64,000 bases of DNA, from assembly GCA_963820825.1 (NCBI GenBank), contig CAWGBN010000008.1, positions 576,001 to 640,000 of the forward strand. Direction: 5' to 3'. The position numbers were made by a program, and so were the translations under genes. Under the pieces are notes generated by a model. It saw nothing but the letters and a program-made list of their open reading frames with translations, searched no databases and had not been told where the DNA came from. This document shows positions 44,746-53,994 of this stretch, in pieces. Numbering within the stretch: position 1 is the first letter of the stretch; the number at the start of each line of letters is the position of its first letter. This stretch comes from Vulcanimicrobiota bacterium. GTDB lineage: Bacteria; Vulcanimicrobiota; Vulcanimicrobiia; Vulcanimicrobiales; Vulcanimicrobiaceae.

Positions 44746-45225
44746 TCATCGCTGCGAGTGCGGCACGACCCAAACGTAGGGTGTTTTCGGTTCGACGCCG
44801 GGCGAAAGATCTGCCGGGGCGTCGACGCCGCTGGGGCCAAGACTCCTAATGAAGCGATAGATCGCGCGCTGGTCCTCTACCTTGAGAAAGCGCAGATCGT
44901 GCCAAACCATCGGCCAATGGCCACCACGCGTGCGAATCATGAAGAGCCAATCTGATTCGGAGATGCGTTGAAACTCCAAACGCGTGTTGGCTGCGTAGCT
45001 GGTGCCCCACGGCCCGCGATACCCGAGGTTGCTCCCGACCATCCAGCGCGAGAGTGGGACCGTACCGTCCGATTCGCGCCACCCCGGCGTGTGGCAATCG
45101 TTGCAGCTGCCGAATCCGACGAGGTAATGGCCACGTGCTATCAGCGGATCGACGTGTGACGAGGCCGCGACCCCTAGGCAAAGCAGACCGAGAACGGTAA
45201 GCGTAATGGCGCTCCAGGGCTTCAT
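44746..45225 (-). CDS. Monoheme cytochrome c
   Basis: Signal peptide; RGHYLV, CNDCHTPG heme motif, GPWGTSYAAN. Confidence 0.85.
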   Translation of the reverse strand: MKPWSAITLTVLGLLCLGVAASSHVDPLIARGHYLVGFGSCNDCHTPGWRESDGTVPLSRWMVGSNLGYRGPWGTSYAANTRLEFQRISESDWLFMIRTRGGHWPMVWHDLRFLKVEDQRAIYRFIRSLGPSGVDAPADLSPGVEPKTPYVWVVPHSQR

Positions 45226-45372
45226 TTAATCTGACGTACGACGCGCCGGTTCGATCCCATTCCGAGTGGCGCATCGTCGGCCGGCCTCCCCCGCCTCACG
45301 CTGAGTGGACTAACTCTATATTCGGCGCAAGCGCAGAAGATGCTGCACCTCGCGTTGCCTCGCGAAAGAGGG

Positions 45373-45576
45373 CTAATGAAGCCGCTTGAGGAGCTGTTCG
45401 ACTCGTTGCAGGTCGGCCTCCGCAGCCGTGTCACGTGTAGCCGCAGCCAGTTGATACCAGTGCAGCGCCGCTGCGTAATCCTGAGGCACGCCCTCGCCGT
45501 GCTCGTACATGTGACCGATCGAAATCTCGTCCGCGGTTTCGGGTTCGTCGTAGAGGCCGTACGTAGAGATTATCAT
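45373..45576 (-). CDS. Small Sel1-repeat protein (possibly a remnant)
   Basis: IGHMYEHGEGVPQDYAAALHWYQLAA is one Sel1 repeat; ATGA overlap with the upstream gene. Confidence 0.6.
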   Translation of the reverse strand: MIISTYGLYDEPETADEISIGHMYEHGEGVPQDYAAALHWYQLAAATRDTAAEADLQRVEQLLKRLH

Positions 45577-45863
45577 GGCCGCGAATCCTTAGCACGCGGG
45601 TATTGGCGTCCTTCAGCTAAGTGACTGGGTGAAAGTTGCGATGCGAGCTCTCGATAGAGATGTCGCATCGTGTCGCTGAGTAACGCAGAGATTCGGAAGA
45701 GACCGTCACCGGAGAGACGCAGCGCCGTCCACGGCGTACCTTCGTGTCGTTGAACCAAAAGGTACGTTTGGCTACCCAGGGCATAGATTGCAAACTGATT
45801 GGATTCGGCAATTGGCTCCAGACCCTCGACGGTTGACCGATCGATATGTTCGATAAGATCCAT
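45573..45863 (-). CDS. Hypothetical protein
   Basis: 96-aa ORF with RBS GGAG, coupled to the downstream ORF. Confidence 0.55.
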   Translation of the reverse strand: MDLIEHIDRSTVEGLEPIAESNQFAIYALGSQTYLLVQRHEGTPWTALRLSGDGLFRISALLSDTMRHLYRELASQLSPSHLAEGRQYPRAKDSRP

Positions 45864-45887
45864 GGCTTCGCTCCGCTTTCTAAAGGC

Positions 45888-46241
45888 TTAGAATCTCGAG
45901 CCGATCCTAAAGTGACCGGCCGCGCAAATATCCGCGATCTGCTGACGACTCAACCGGCGGAAAGTCTTGCTGCAATACTCAAAGTCTTCGCCGGCTGCAG
46001 CCGCATCGTAGCGCGCCTGCGCGCCGGCATTCAAGGGCGGCCCTTGCTTCAAGATCTGGTACTTGAAGTTGACGCGGTAAGCGAGGTCTTTCGCAAACAA
46101 GACGACCTCACCCCGTCCGTTTGCGTAGCCGCCGTAGACCGGTTCGGAGCGCTCCTGACCGCTCGGCCCCTTGACGGCCCCTGTAATGGCGAGAGTGGCG
46201 ATCGCCTGAAATCTAGCTTCGTTCATCGTTCTGATCATCAT
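45888..46241 (-). CDS. Hypothetical protein
   Basis: 117-aa ORF co-oriented with its neighbours. Confidence 0.45.
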   Translation of the reverse strand: MMIRTMNEARFQAIATLAITGAVKGPSGQERSEPVYGGYANGRGEVVLFAKDLAYRVNFKYQILKQGPPLNAGAQARYDAAAAGEDFEYCSKTFRRLSRQQIADICAAGHFRIGSRF

Positions 46242-46494
46242 GAACCGAAGAGACCAAGCTAAGGTTGCAAGGGATTAGAGCACTGCATGCATCGTTCGTT
46301 CGGTGAAAACGCCCCCAACGGTTATTTCTTGGCCTTTTTGCCGCAAAAGCGTCGTTTTCCGCGGAAGATGCTACCCCGCTAAAGATTTCAGATCACCTGC
46401 ACCTTCTTCAACAAAAAAGTACCCGGCAACCTTATTGAGTCCGTGGCGTTTAGGTAAGGCAGGAAAAGAAACTTAAACTGAAAGTTGATAGTTA

Positions 46495-46938
46495 ATGAAG
46501 GACCTAACCAAGACCGCGCCGCGTAGCTCCAGCGAAATGATGCTCGGCATCGTGCAACTTGCCCGCGTGATCGATAAGGCAAAGGCCGTAACGCACGGCA
46601 GCATTGGCGAATATAAGTACGCTTGCCCGATGGATCAGAGCCTTTTTGAGTACCTCGGTATCGATCCGAAGGCGTTCCTCGAGATCGTGAACAATGCGAA
46701 GAGCGATTACGAGATCGAAGCTTACGCGAAGACGTTCGTTGCTCGGAAAGACCCCCGCAATATCGAGGCGTTCAACAAGAAGTTCCTCTCGGCGGTTCCG
46801 ACCGGAGAGTCGTTGACGCATTTCGAAGAGCTGCGCAGCAAAATCGCTCCGAGCCGGACCGATGTGGTCTCGTGGTCGGATCTGCTCGACCTCGAAGAAG
46901 GCCGGACGGTTCCCCATCGTGAGTTGGCACACGCCTAA
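46495..46938 (+). CDS. DUF5069 family protein
   Basis: DLTKTAPRS, LARVIDKAKA, GEYKYACPMD, DLLDLEEGR. Confidence 0.82.
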   Translation: MKDLTKTAPRSSSEMMLGIVQLARVIDKAKAVTHGSIGEYKYACPMDQSLFEYLGIDPKAFLEIVNNAKSDYEIEAYAKTFVARKDPRNIEAFNKKFLSAVPTGESLTHFEELRSKIAPSRTDVVSWSDLLDLEEGRTVPHRELAHA

Positions 46939-46964
46939 CAAGCCTTAGAGCCGGAGTGAGCTTC

Positions 46965-46994
46965 AGGAGCGCGATGCAGATCGCGCTCCTTTTT
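46965..46994 (+). terminator. Intrinsic terminator
   Basis: AGGAGCGCGAT-GCAG-ATCGCGCTCCT perfect 11-bp stem followed by TTTT, downstream of the DUF5069 gene. Confidence 0.8.
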
Positions 46995-47021
46995 CAAATG
47001 ACCGAAGGACTAGGCCCTCTT

Positions 47022-47432
47022 TTACTCCGGCAGCGCAATGGGGGCACAGGCCACATACCTCTTCATGTCGGCGGTGCTCTCGTGGACGTCGATGACGTAC
47101 TTGCCCTTGAGCAGATCGCCGAGCGTGATGCCGGATATCGTCGTCGTGCTGCTCCCGTGCACGATATTGGTCAAAGCATACTTAGGTACCGGGTTCGGAT
47201 TAGCGCACGTGCCCGTGTGAATGTGGATGGGTTGCGTGCCATTCTGGCCGCCGGCCATCTTCACGACGATCTTGACACCGCCGGAAATCTGCTCGAACGT
47301 TGCCGTGCCGGTTTCACCCGGCCGGTTCTGCGCGTACAGTTTTAACTTTAGCGTGCCCGGATAAGCACCGGCCGCCGTGCAAGCGATTGCGCCGATCGTG
47401 GCGGCGGCGATTGTCGTGCGCAGAATATGCAT
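47022..47432 (-). CDS. Secreted CHRD/Cu-Zn-SOD-like protein
   Basis: Signal peptide; GETGTATF, QPIHIHTGTC, IDVHES, YVAC. Confidence 0.7.
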   Translation of the reverse strand: MHILRTTIAAATIGAIACTAAGAYPGTLKLKLYAQNRPGETGTATFEQISGGVKIVVKMAGGQNGTQPIHIHTGTCANPNPVPKYALTNIVHGSSTTTISGITLGDLLKGKYVIDVHESTADMKRYVACAPIALPE

Positions 47433-47611
47433 GGTCTTTCTTTCCTACGGGCAAGAAGAAAGCGGTTCCTTCGTATTACGTGTAAACGTGGAGCAGCGCG
47501 ACACCAGTACGCGGCGATGCCGTTTGGCGTTCCCCACCCGGCCTCGCAGAGCGCGTGCAGTTCCGTTTTGCGTTTAGAAGGCCGCGCGAGCGTCGCCTTC
47601 CGACTCGGGGT

Positions 47612-48757
47612 TTACGCGCGCGGCCAGTACTTGAGCGACGTCGCGGTGTTGAAGAGCACGATCGGCGGCGGCAGATGCACGCCCGCGGTGCACAGCAAGC
47701 GAAGGCCGGCCAGGGTGGCGCCACCCTCCTCCGTCACGTCGATGCCTTCGCGCCGATGGATGTCGCCCATCGCCGCAGCAGCGGCTTCGTCGGAGACGGC
47801 GACGGCATGGCCGCGCGACTCGCGAAGCGCACGCAGCGAGAGCCGATCGCCGATTCCACCGGGAACGCGCAAGCCCCACATTTCGGTCGTGCCGTTCTCG
47901 ATCCGTGCCGCCGATTCCGCACCGGCATTGAACGCCTGGACGATCGGCGCGCAGCCTTGAGCTTGCACGCAGACCATCACCGGTCGGGCCGATCCGATCC
48001 AACCCAGAGCTTCGAGTTCGTCGAAGGCCTTCCACATCGCGACGAGCCCGGTGCCGCCGCCGGTCGGATAGACGATCGTACCCGGAGCCGCGCCGATCTG
48101 CTCGACGAGCTCGTACGCCATCGTCTTTTTCCCCTCAACCCGATACGGCTCGCGGAACGTCGCACAGTTGAACGCTCCGCGCTCGCGCGCGTACTCGGCC
48201 GCGATGCGGCCCGCATCGTCGATCAAACCGTCGACGAGAACGACGTCGGCACCGTATCCGCACATCTCGTCGATCAACAGCGCCGGCGTGTCGCGCGGAA
48301 CGTAGACGCGGACCGGCAGGCCGGCGCGCGCGCCGTACGCGGCCAGCGCGCTGCCGGCATTCCCTGCACTCGGGGCAACGAGCGCGGCAACACCGAGCCG
48401 TTTTGCGACCGTCACCGCAACCGACATGCCGCGCGCTTTGAACGAGCCCGTCGGGTTCTGGCCTTCATCCTTGAGGTAGAGCGCTCCGCCTCCCAAATCG
48501 GCTGCCAACGCCGTTAGATCGAGCAGCGGCGTTGCGCCCTCGCCCAACGAGATCGGCTCCTCGCCTTCGGCGATCGGGAGCATCTCGCGATAACGCCACA
48601 TGGTCCACGCGCGAGCCGTTACCGTCGCGCGTGACATCTCCACCGCGCCATAGCGCACGAGCAGCGGGGCGCCGTCGTGCGGGCACGTGGTCGCTAAATG
48701 CTCCGGCGAGACGCGGTGTGCCGCGTCGCGCGAGCACTCAAGATATTGCGGCAGCAT
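47612..48757 (-). CDS. thrC: Threonine synthase-like PLP enzyme
   Basis: MWRYREMLP, SLGEGATPL, NPTGSFKARG (PLP lysine), SAGNAG, EGKKTM, PTGGGTG. Confidence 0.85.
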   Translation of the reverse strand: MLPQYLECSRDAAHRVSPEHLATTCPHDGAPLLVRYGAVEMSRATVTARAWTMWRYREMLPIAEGEEPISLGEGATPLLDLTALAADLGGGALYLKDEGQNPTGSFKARGMSVAVTVAKRLGVAALVAPSAGNAGSALAAYGARAGLPVRVYVPRDTPALLIDEMCGYGADVVLVDGLIDDAGRIAAEYARERGAFNCATFREPYRVEGKKTMAYELVEQIGAAPGTIVYPTGGGTGLVAMWKAFDELEALGWIGSARPVMVCVQAQGCAPIVQAFNAGAESAARIENGTTEMWGLRVPGGIGDRLSLRALRESRGHAVAVSDEAAAAAMGDIHRREGIDVTEEGGATLAGLRLLCTAGVHLPPPIVLFNTATSLKYWPRA

Positions 48758-50085
48758 CAGCTGGCCGTTCCCGCGATCGCGCCGCGGCGCGTCCAGAGAA
48801 AGTAGGCCGGAATTGCGCTGAGTAGGATTCCCAAGCCGGCGAGACCGTCGCGTGGATCGGCAACGCACGCAGCGATCGCAACGCCCCACGACGCCACGAG
48901 GTACACGGCCATCGAAACGGGATGTACGGGGCCGCGAAACCCTCCCGGCGACGCCGCGGCGCGATCGCGTACGCGCAGCACGACGAGCGCGAGCGCAAGC
49001 AATCCGTTGAACGCATAAAACGTGGCGACGACGTAGTTGAGAATCTGGTCGTAATTACCCCACAGCACGATGAGCATCGCAACGATCCCTTGCAGAGCGA
49101 TCGCGACGACGGGCGCGTGCGTGCGCGGATCGATCCGCGCGACGTGGCGAAAGAAGAGCCCGTCTTGCGCCATCGCCTGATAGAGCCGCGGAACCGTCAG
49201 CACGCGGTTGCTGATGAACCCGAGCGTAACGATCGCGACGACCAGCGCCGCGATGCGGCTGCCGAGCGCACCCGTCCAGACGAAGAGTACCGACGAAGCC
49301 GGAACCGGCGTTTGCGCCAAGCCGTTGATACCGAGAACGCGCAGGCAGCTCGCATTGACGAGCACGTAGAGGATCGTAACGCAGGCCATCCCCAGGATGA
49401 GCCCCAACGGCAGCGTTCGCACCGCATCTTTGGTCTCCGCGGCCATGAAGTTGGCGACCATCGCGCCGTTATAACTGAAGAGGATCGGGATCATTGCGAT
49501 GCCGAGCGCGCCGGGCCACGCCGCCATTGCGATCGGCGCTGCAGGCCAGCTCGGCGCCGCCGGATGCGCAAAAATGCCGGCCGCGACGATTGCCAGCAGC
49601 GCTGCGATCTTCAGTAGCGTCAACGCGCCTTGGAGGCGGTTCCCGGTGCGCACTCCGAACGCATTAACGAGCGAGAGCGCTGCGAGCGCGGCTGCCGCGA
49701 CGAGGGACGGCGCGAAGCGAAAGCCGGTCAACGAAAGAAAATAGCCCGCAAAAAGCGCCGCCGCAGCGGCGATGCCGCCGCTAAACGATGCGAGCAATCC
49801 CGTCCAGCCGTATGCGAATCCAACGATCGGATGAAACGCTTCGCTGAGATACGCGTACGGTCCGCAGCCCTTCGGAAGACGAGCGCCCAACTCGCCGAGC
49901 ACGAGGGCACCACAGAGTGCAACGATGCCGCCCGCGACCCACGCACCAAGCACGAAGCCCGTCATTGGCAGGCGCTGCGCGACGACGGCCGGCGTGCGGA
50001 AGATGCCCGAGCCAATGACGCTGCCAACGACGATGAGCGCCACGTCGGATAACCCGAGATGGCGCGGGAGCGAGAGCGGACGCAC
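48757..50085 (-). CDS. APC family amino-acid permease
   Basis: GSVIGSGIFRTP, ELGARLPKGCGPY, FSYNG, PRLYQAMAQDGLF; about 12 TM segments; GTG start inferred. Confidence 0.9.
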   Translation of the reverse strand: MRPLSLPRHLGLSDVALIVVGSVIGSGIFRTPAVVAQRLPMTGFVLGAWVAGGIVALCGALVLGELGARLPKGCGPYAYLSEAFHPIVGFAYGWTGLLASFSGGIAAAAALFAGYFLSLTGFRFAPSLVAAAALAALSLVNAFGVRTGNRLQGALTLLKIAALLAIVAAGIFAHPAAPSWPAAPIAMAAWPGALGIAMIPILFSYNGAMVANFMAAETKDAVRTLPLGLILGMACVTILYVLVNASCLRVLGINGLAQTPVPASSVLFVWTGALGSRIAALVVAIVTLGFISNRVLTVPRLYQAMAQDGLFFRHVARIDPRTHAPVVAIALQGIVAMLIVLWGNYDQILNYVVATFYAFNGLLALALVVLRVRDRAAASPGGFRGPVHPVSMAVYLVASWGVAIAACVADPRDGLAGLGILLSAIPAYFLWTRRGAIAGTAS

Positions 50086-50087
50086 GC

Positions 50088-50918
50088 TCAGACGGGTGCT
50101 TCGCCGGCGATCGTCGCTCGTCGAACCAGGCGGTGCGCGGGGAAGTAGTCGGCGAGCGCGCAGTGCTGCGTCCAGCGGTTGTCCCACATTGCCACGGTTC
50201 CCGCGCTCCATCGCCAGCGTACTTGAAACTGCGGCGCGCTCATGTGATCGAAGAGAAAACGCAGCAATGCCTCGCTTTCGCTCGGCGAGAGGCCCTCGAT
50301 GTGCGAGGTGAAGTCTTGGTTGACGAAGAGTGCCTTTCGTCCGGTGGCGGGATTGGTCCGGGCGACCGGATGCGAGACGGCGGGATGGCGCGCGTACATC
50401 GCGTCGCGACGCTCTTCCATGCCGAGCGCCGCGAAACGCTCCGGCGTGAAGTTTTTGGCAAAGGAATGCACCGCACGCAATCCATCGACGAGCTCCTTGA
50501 GCGGATCGGAGAGCGCCTCGTACGCCAGATACATATTCGCCCAGAGCGTGTCGCCGCCAAGCGGGGGTATCTCTTCCGCGTACAGGACCGCCGCCTTCGG
50601 CGGCGTCGCGAGATACGTGACGTCGTTGTGCCAACGATCGCTGTTCGCACGTCGCGTCGCGTCGTGCTCCAGCACCATGATCTCCGGAGCCTCTTCGTGA
50701 CCCGGGTAGAACGGATGCACGTAGAGCGGTCCGAAACGCCGGGCAAAGTCGCGCTGCTGCACCGGCGTGAGCGACTGATTCTCGAAGAAGAGCACTAGAC
50801 GGTCGTCGAGCGCCGCGACGATCTCCCCTATTTCGTTCTCGGAGAGCGGCTCTCGCAGGTCGAGCCCTTCGACGACGGCACCGATCGCCGGGGTGAGCGG
50901 CGTCGTCTTGAGCTTCAC
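50088..50918 (-). CDS. tauD: Taurine dioxygenase (Fe/2-oxoglutarate)
   Basis: PAIGAVVEGLDL, HPFY, WHND (HxD), GGDTLWAN, HPVARTNP, WDNRWTQH, RRAT. Confidence 0.9.
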   Translation of the reverse strand: MKLKTTPLTPAIGAVVEGLDLREPLSENEIGEIVAALDDRLVLFFENQSLTPVQQRDFARRFGPLYVHPFYPGHEEAPEIMVLEHDATRRANSDRWHNDVTYLATPPKAAVLYAEEIPPLGGDTLWANMYLAYEALSDPLKELVDGLRAVHSFAKNFTPERFAALGMEERRDAMYARHPAVSHPVARTNPATGRKALFVNQDFTSHIEGLSPSESEALLRFLFDHMSAPQFQVRWRWSAGTVAMWDNRWTQHCALADYFPAHRLVRRATIAGEAPV

Positions 50919-50931
50919 GCGCGGCGCCGGA

Positions 50932-51522
50932 TTAAAACTCGCCGCCCAGATCGACCGAAACGGTCATTGCGGAGACTCGGCCCTTTTCAATTACGAACGT
51001 GAGCGATTCGGGATTCTCGACCTTCGTACTCGGATGGGCCATGCTGGTGCCGGGAACCGTGGCCGCGTACATAACGACGAAGCGTGCGCCTTGCGCTCTT
51101 GGTTTGCCGCCATAGGTTGCTAACAGCTCTTGGTACGTGCTGCCGATGCGAACGCCGCGCCCCGTGCTCACCTGCGATAGATCGCCATCGGGAACCGTTA
51201 CGGCGGGCGGTGACGCCCTGAAGACCGCAACGCTGCACTGATCGGTGCTCGCTGCAGCCAGTCCGATCTCGTGTTTGCGATCGTACGTTACGAGCTGCCA
51301 GATGCCGCCACCGATCGCGACCCCACTCCCGCCGCAGTGCATGGAGTGCATCGTCTTCCCCGGCAGAAAATCCGGCTCGATCGTGGCGGCGGCGGTTCCG
51401 GACTGGTTCGCCGCCGTTGCCTTGTAGAACCAGTCGCTCAGGTCGCGATTGGCCACGCCGTTCGCGCCGATGGCCGCAACCAGCATCACGACCGCTAGCG
51501 GACGATTTAATGACCGATGCAT
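50932..51522 (-). CDS. Hypothetical secreted protein
   Basis: Signal-like N-terminus; TGRGVRIGSTYQELLATYG motif. Confidence 0.6.
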   Translation of the reverse strand: MHRSLNRPLAVVMLVAAIGANGVANRDLSDWFYKATAANQSGTAAATIEPDFLPGKTMHSMHCGGSGVAIGGGIWQLVTYDRKHEIGLAAASTDQCSVAVFRASPPAVTVPDGDLSQVSTGRGVRIGSTYQELLATYGGKPRAQGARFVVMYAATVPGTSMAHPSTKVENPESLTFVIEKGRVSAMTVSVDLGGEF

Positions 51523-51609
51523 ACGATGCTCCAAAGTCCGTCGCGGCCACCGAATCACCTTCTTGGTAGCGCGGTCACAGGCACGTACCGTCACCGGTTA
51601 ACAGAGAGT

Positions 51610-52326
51610 ATGCGCCACGTCTTCTTTGCGACGGCACTGGTCTTCGTAGCGGCCGGCGTACGCCCGGCCCCCGCCTGGGCGCAGAGTCTCGCTTACGAAC
51701 GGATGGCCCCGCTCAGCCGGTACCTCATCTCCGACCGTCAAGCGGAGATCGACCTCGCGCGAAGCGCGGCGCCGCCGGCGATTTCGCTTCACGCGACCCT
51801 CCTCGTGCTCGGCGCTCGCGGCTATGAGACCGCGGCCAAAGGCACCAACGGTTTTACTTGTCTCGTGGAACGAGCGTGGATGTCGCCGTTCGACTCCCCC
51901 CAGTTCTGGAATTGGAAGATGCGCGGGCCGATCTGCTACAACCCGGCGGCATCGCGTACCGTTCTGCTCTACACGCTCCGACGCACGCGGCTGGCGGTCT
52001 CGGGGCTGACCAAGTCACAAATGCTCGATCGCATCAAGGTCGACGTTGCCGATAAGCAGCTGCCGGCACCCGAGTCCGGCTCGATGTCATATATGATGTC
52101 GAAGCACGCCAATCTCAGCGACGGCGTCGGACCGTGGGTGCCGCACCTGATGCTCTACGCTCCGAAAGCAGATGGCGCGAACGACGGAGCGAGCTGGGGC
52201 GCCGACGTGCCCGCGTCGCCGGTCATACTCGACACGTCGCACCGCGTCGTGCCGGAGCCGGAAACGATCTTTATGATCCCCGTCGCCCATTGGTCTGACG
52301 GAACCTTTAGCAGTTCCAAGCACTGA
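51610..52326 (+). CDS. Conserved-looking hypothetical secreted protein
   Basis: Signal peptide; LARSAAP, GTNGFTCLVER, PICYN, SYMMSK, PHLM. Confidence 0.7.
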   Translation: MRHVFFATALVFVAAGVRPAPAWAQSLAYERMAPLSRYLISDRQAEIDLARSAAPPAISLHATLLVLGARGYETAAKGTNGFTCLVERAWMSPFDSPQFWNWKMRGPICYNPAASRTVLLYTLRRTRLAVSGLTKSQMLDRIKVDVADKQLPAPESGSMSYMMSKHANLSDGVGPWVPHLMLYAPKADGANDGASWGADVPASPVILDTSHRVVPEPETIFMIPVAHWSDGTFSSSKH

Positions 52327-53320
52327 GGAACTTGAGCAAATCGCCGACGGGACCCGCATAGTAGTAGCGAGGTTCGTCGTAGAGCAGATTGCCGATTGCG
52401 TACCACGCCCCGCGCCGGTAAACGACGACGGTGATCTGGTTCACCATAGCCGAGCGATTGCCGGGCGACCGCAAGGAGACCGGAACGAGCGTGTTATTCT
52501 CTTGCCTCCGAGGCACTCCAACGGCGTACGATGACGCCGCCGATGAGGCGTTTGCAAAGAGATCGAAGGGCACGCTGCCGTTGCAGTCGGAGCACGTACG
52601 AACAGCGAAGCCTCCGCCGGTTGCGTAGGAGTTCGAAAGGTACTCGAAGAGGTCGTTATCGAGCAGCGCTTTGGCTTCGAGCATATGTTCTTCGATGTGC
52701 CCGCGGCTTGCGACGTATAAATCGTAGAAGGCTTTGACCACTCCGACCGCGCTGGTGGCGCTGCCTCTCGCCGCCGGATCGAGCGGCATCACGCCGATTA
52801 GCATGAGAAAGCTGCGCAGGTCGGTGATCGGCCCGAAGTTGTAATATCGCGGACGCGGGTATTCCAGGTCGGAGATCGTGTAGTGCGCGCCGTGGCGAGA
52901 GAGCACCACAGTGACCCGTGAGGTCGTTTTGGAGCGGCCGGACAACCGAAGCGTCACGTCCACGAAGGCGCGGCCGTCGACGATGCGCGCGGCGGCGAGC
53001 GAATACGACGATACGGGCGACTGAGCATAGACGACGGGATCGAAAGGTCCGTACGGACACCGGCCGACATCCATGTATCCCGGGCACGAGTTAGCCAATA
53101 GCATTCCGGGATTTGCCTGGCTCAGCGCGGCATAGAGCGCAGGCTCGAATAGCGCTTTCACCTCCACAAGCCGCTCGCCGACACGACCGTTCTTGGTGAC
53201 GTACCAGTTGTAGAAAGCGCTTACCGTCCGCACGGGACCGGTCTCGGCGGCGTGCGCGCCGAGCGTCGTCATTCCGAGCAGCGTCATGACGAGGAGCGCG
53301 AGAGGGACGCCGTATCTCAT
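52307..53320 (-). CDS. Secreted protein with two tandem DUF3828/YbjP-like domains
   Basis: Signal peptide; duplicated V.AFY..YV...KAL...PFD...SSY...TVV..R.GA.Y.I..L.Y..PRYY..GP..DL..FL unit. Confidence 0.7.
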   Translation of the reverse strand: MRYGVPLALLVMTLLGMTTLGAHAAETGPVRTVSAFYNWYVTKNGRVGERLVEVKALFEPALYAALSQANPGMLLANSCPGYMDVGRCPYGPFDPVVYAQSPVSSYSLAAARIVDGRAFVDVTLRLSGRSKTTSRVTVVLSRHGAHYTISDLEYPRPRYYNFGPITDLRSFLMLIGVMPLDPAARGSATSAVGVVKAFYDLYVASRGHIEEHMLEAKALLDNDLFEYLSNSYATGGGFAVRTCSDCNGSVPFDLFANASSAASSYAVGVPRRQENNTLVPVSLRSPGNRSAMVNQITVVVYRRGAWYAIGNLLYDEPRYYYAGPVGDLLKFLSAWNC

Positions 53321-53474
53321 CGGCTTCACCGGAGCAGAAGCATTCTCGCCCGAGCGCAGACGAATCCCCCCGCCCTGGATTGAGTTAGCCCAAACCCTGA
53401 CTATGGTTTTCCTAACGAGGAGGGAGCTCGTGGAAGGGATGGTAAGGACTGAGCCGATCGGAGGTGCGCGGAGA

Positions 53475-53990
53475 ATGGCGCGGAATTTGACGCCTCATCG
53501 GCATGGATCGAGAGTCCTCGGGATCTGCGCTCTCGCTGCGTCGTGTATCGCCGTGATGAATTCGCTCCCCGCTTTGGGCCAGGCCGAGCAGTACGTCCCC
53601 GGGGTATGGCATTACCGGTCGGTTGCGTGTGTCGACGCGACGGTCACGTCGGTCGAGCCGCGCCTCGTGGGTGAGGGGCAAACCAAATTCAGCGTGCAAG
53701 ACTTTGAAAACGGGGTTGCCGTTACGTTCAACACGCATCTCGGCAGCGATCCGGCGCATCCGCACACGTTCGCTTCGGTGACGCACTACGGCGGATTGCC
53801 GGGCAACGAGATCATGGTACGCGAACGGCCCGGAGACAAGGTTCAGGTCTGTTTTCTCTCGCGCCCGGCGCCAACGGTTGATTGCAACCCGGACCTAGAC
53901 GAAAGAGGCCGTATCTACCGGGTTTACGATTACCGTCAGCGCGAGCAGTACTCCGGGATGAACACCGAACACGGCTGCGGAGGAGCGTAG
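53475..53990 (+). CDS. Hypothetical secreted Cys-containing protein
   Basis: Signal-like segment; GDKVQVC...DC...RGRIY...HGCGGA. Confidence 0.6.
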   Translation: MARNLTPHRHGSRVLGICALAASCIAVMNSLPALGQAEQYVPGVWHYRSVACVDATVTSVEPRLVGEGQTKFSVQDFENGVAVTFNTHLGSDPAHPHTFASVTHYGGLPGNEIMVRERPGDKVQVCFLSRPAPTVDCNPDLDERGRIYRVYDYRQREQYSGMNTEHGCGGA

Positions 53991-53994
53991 CCGG

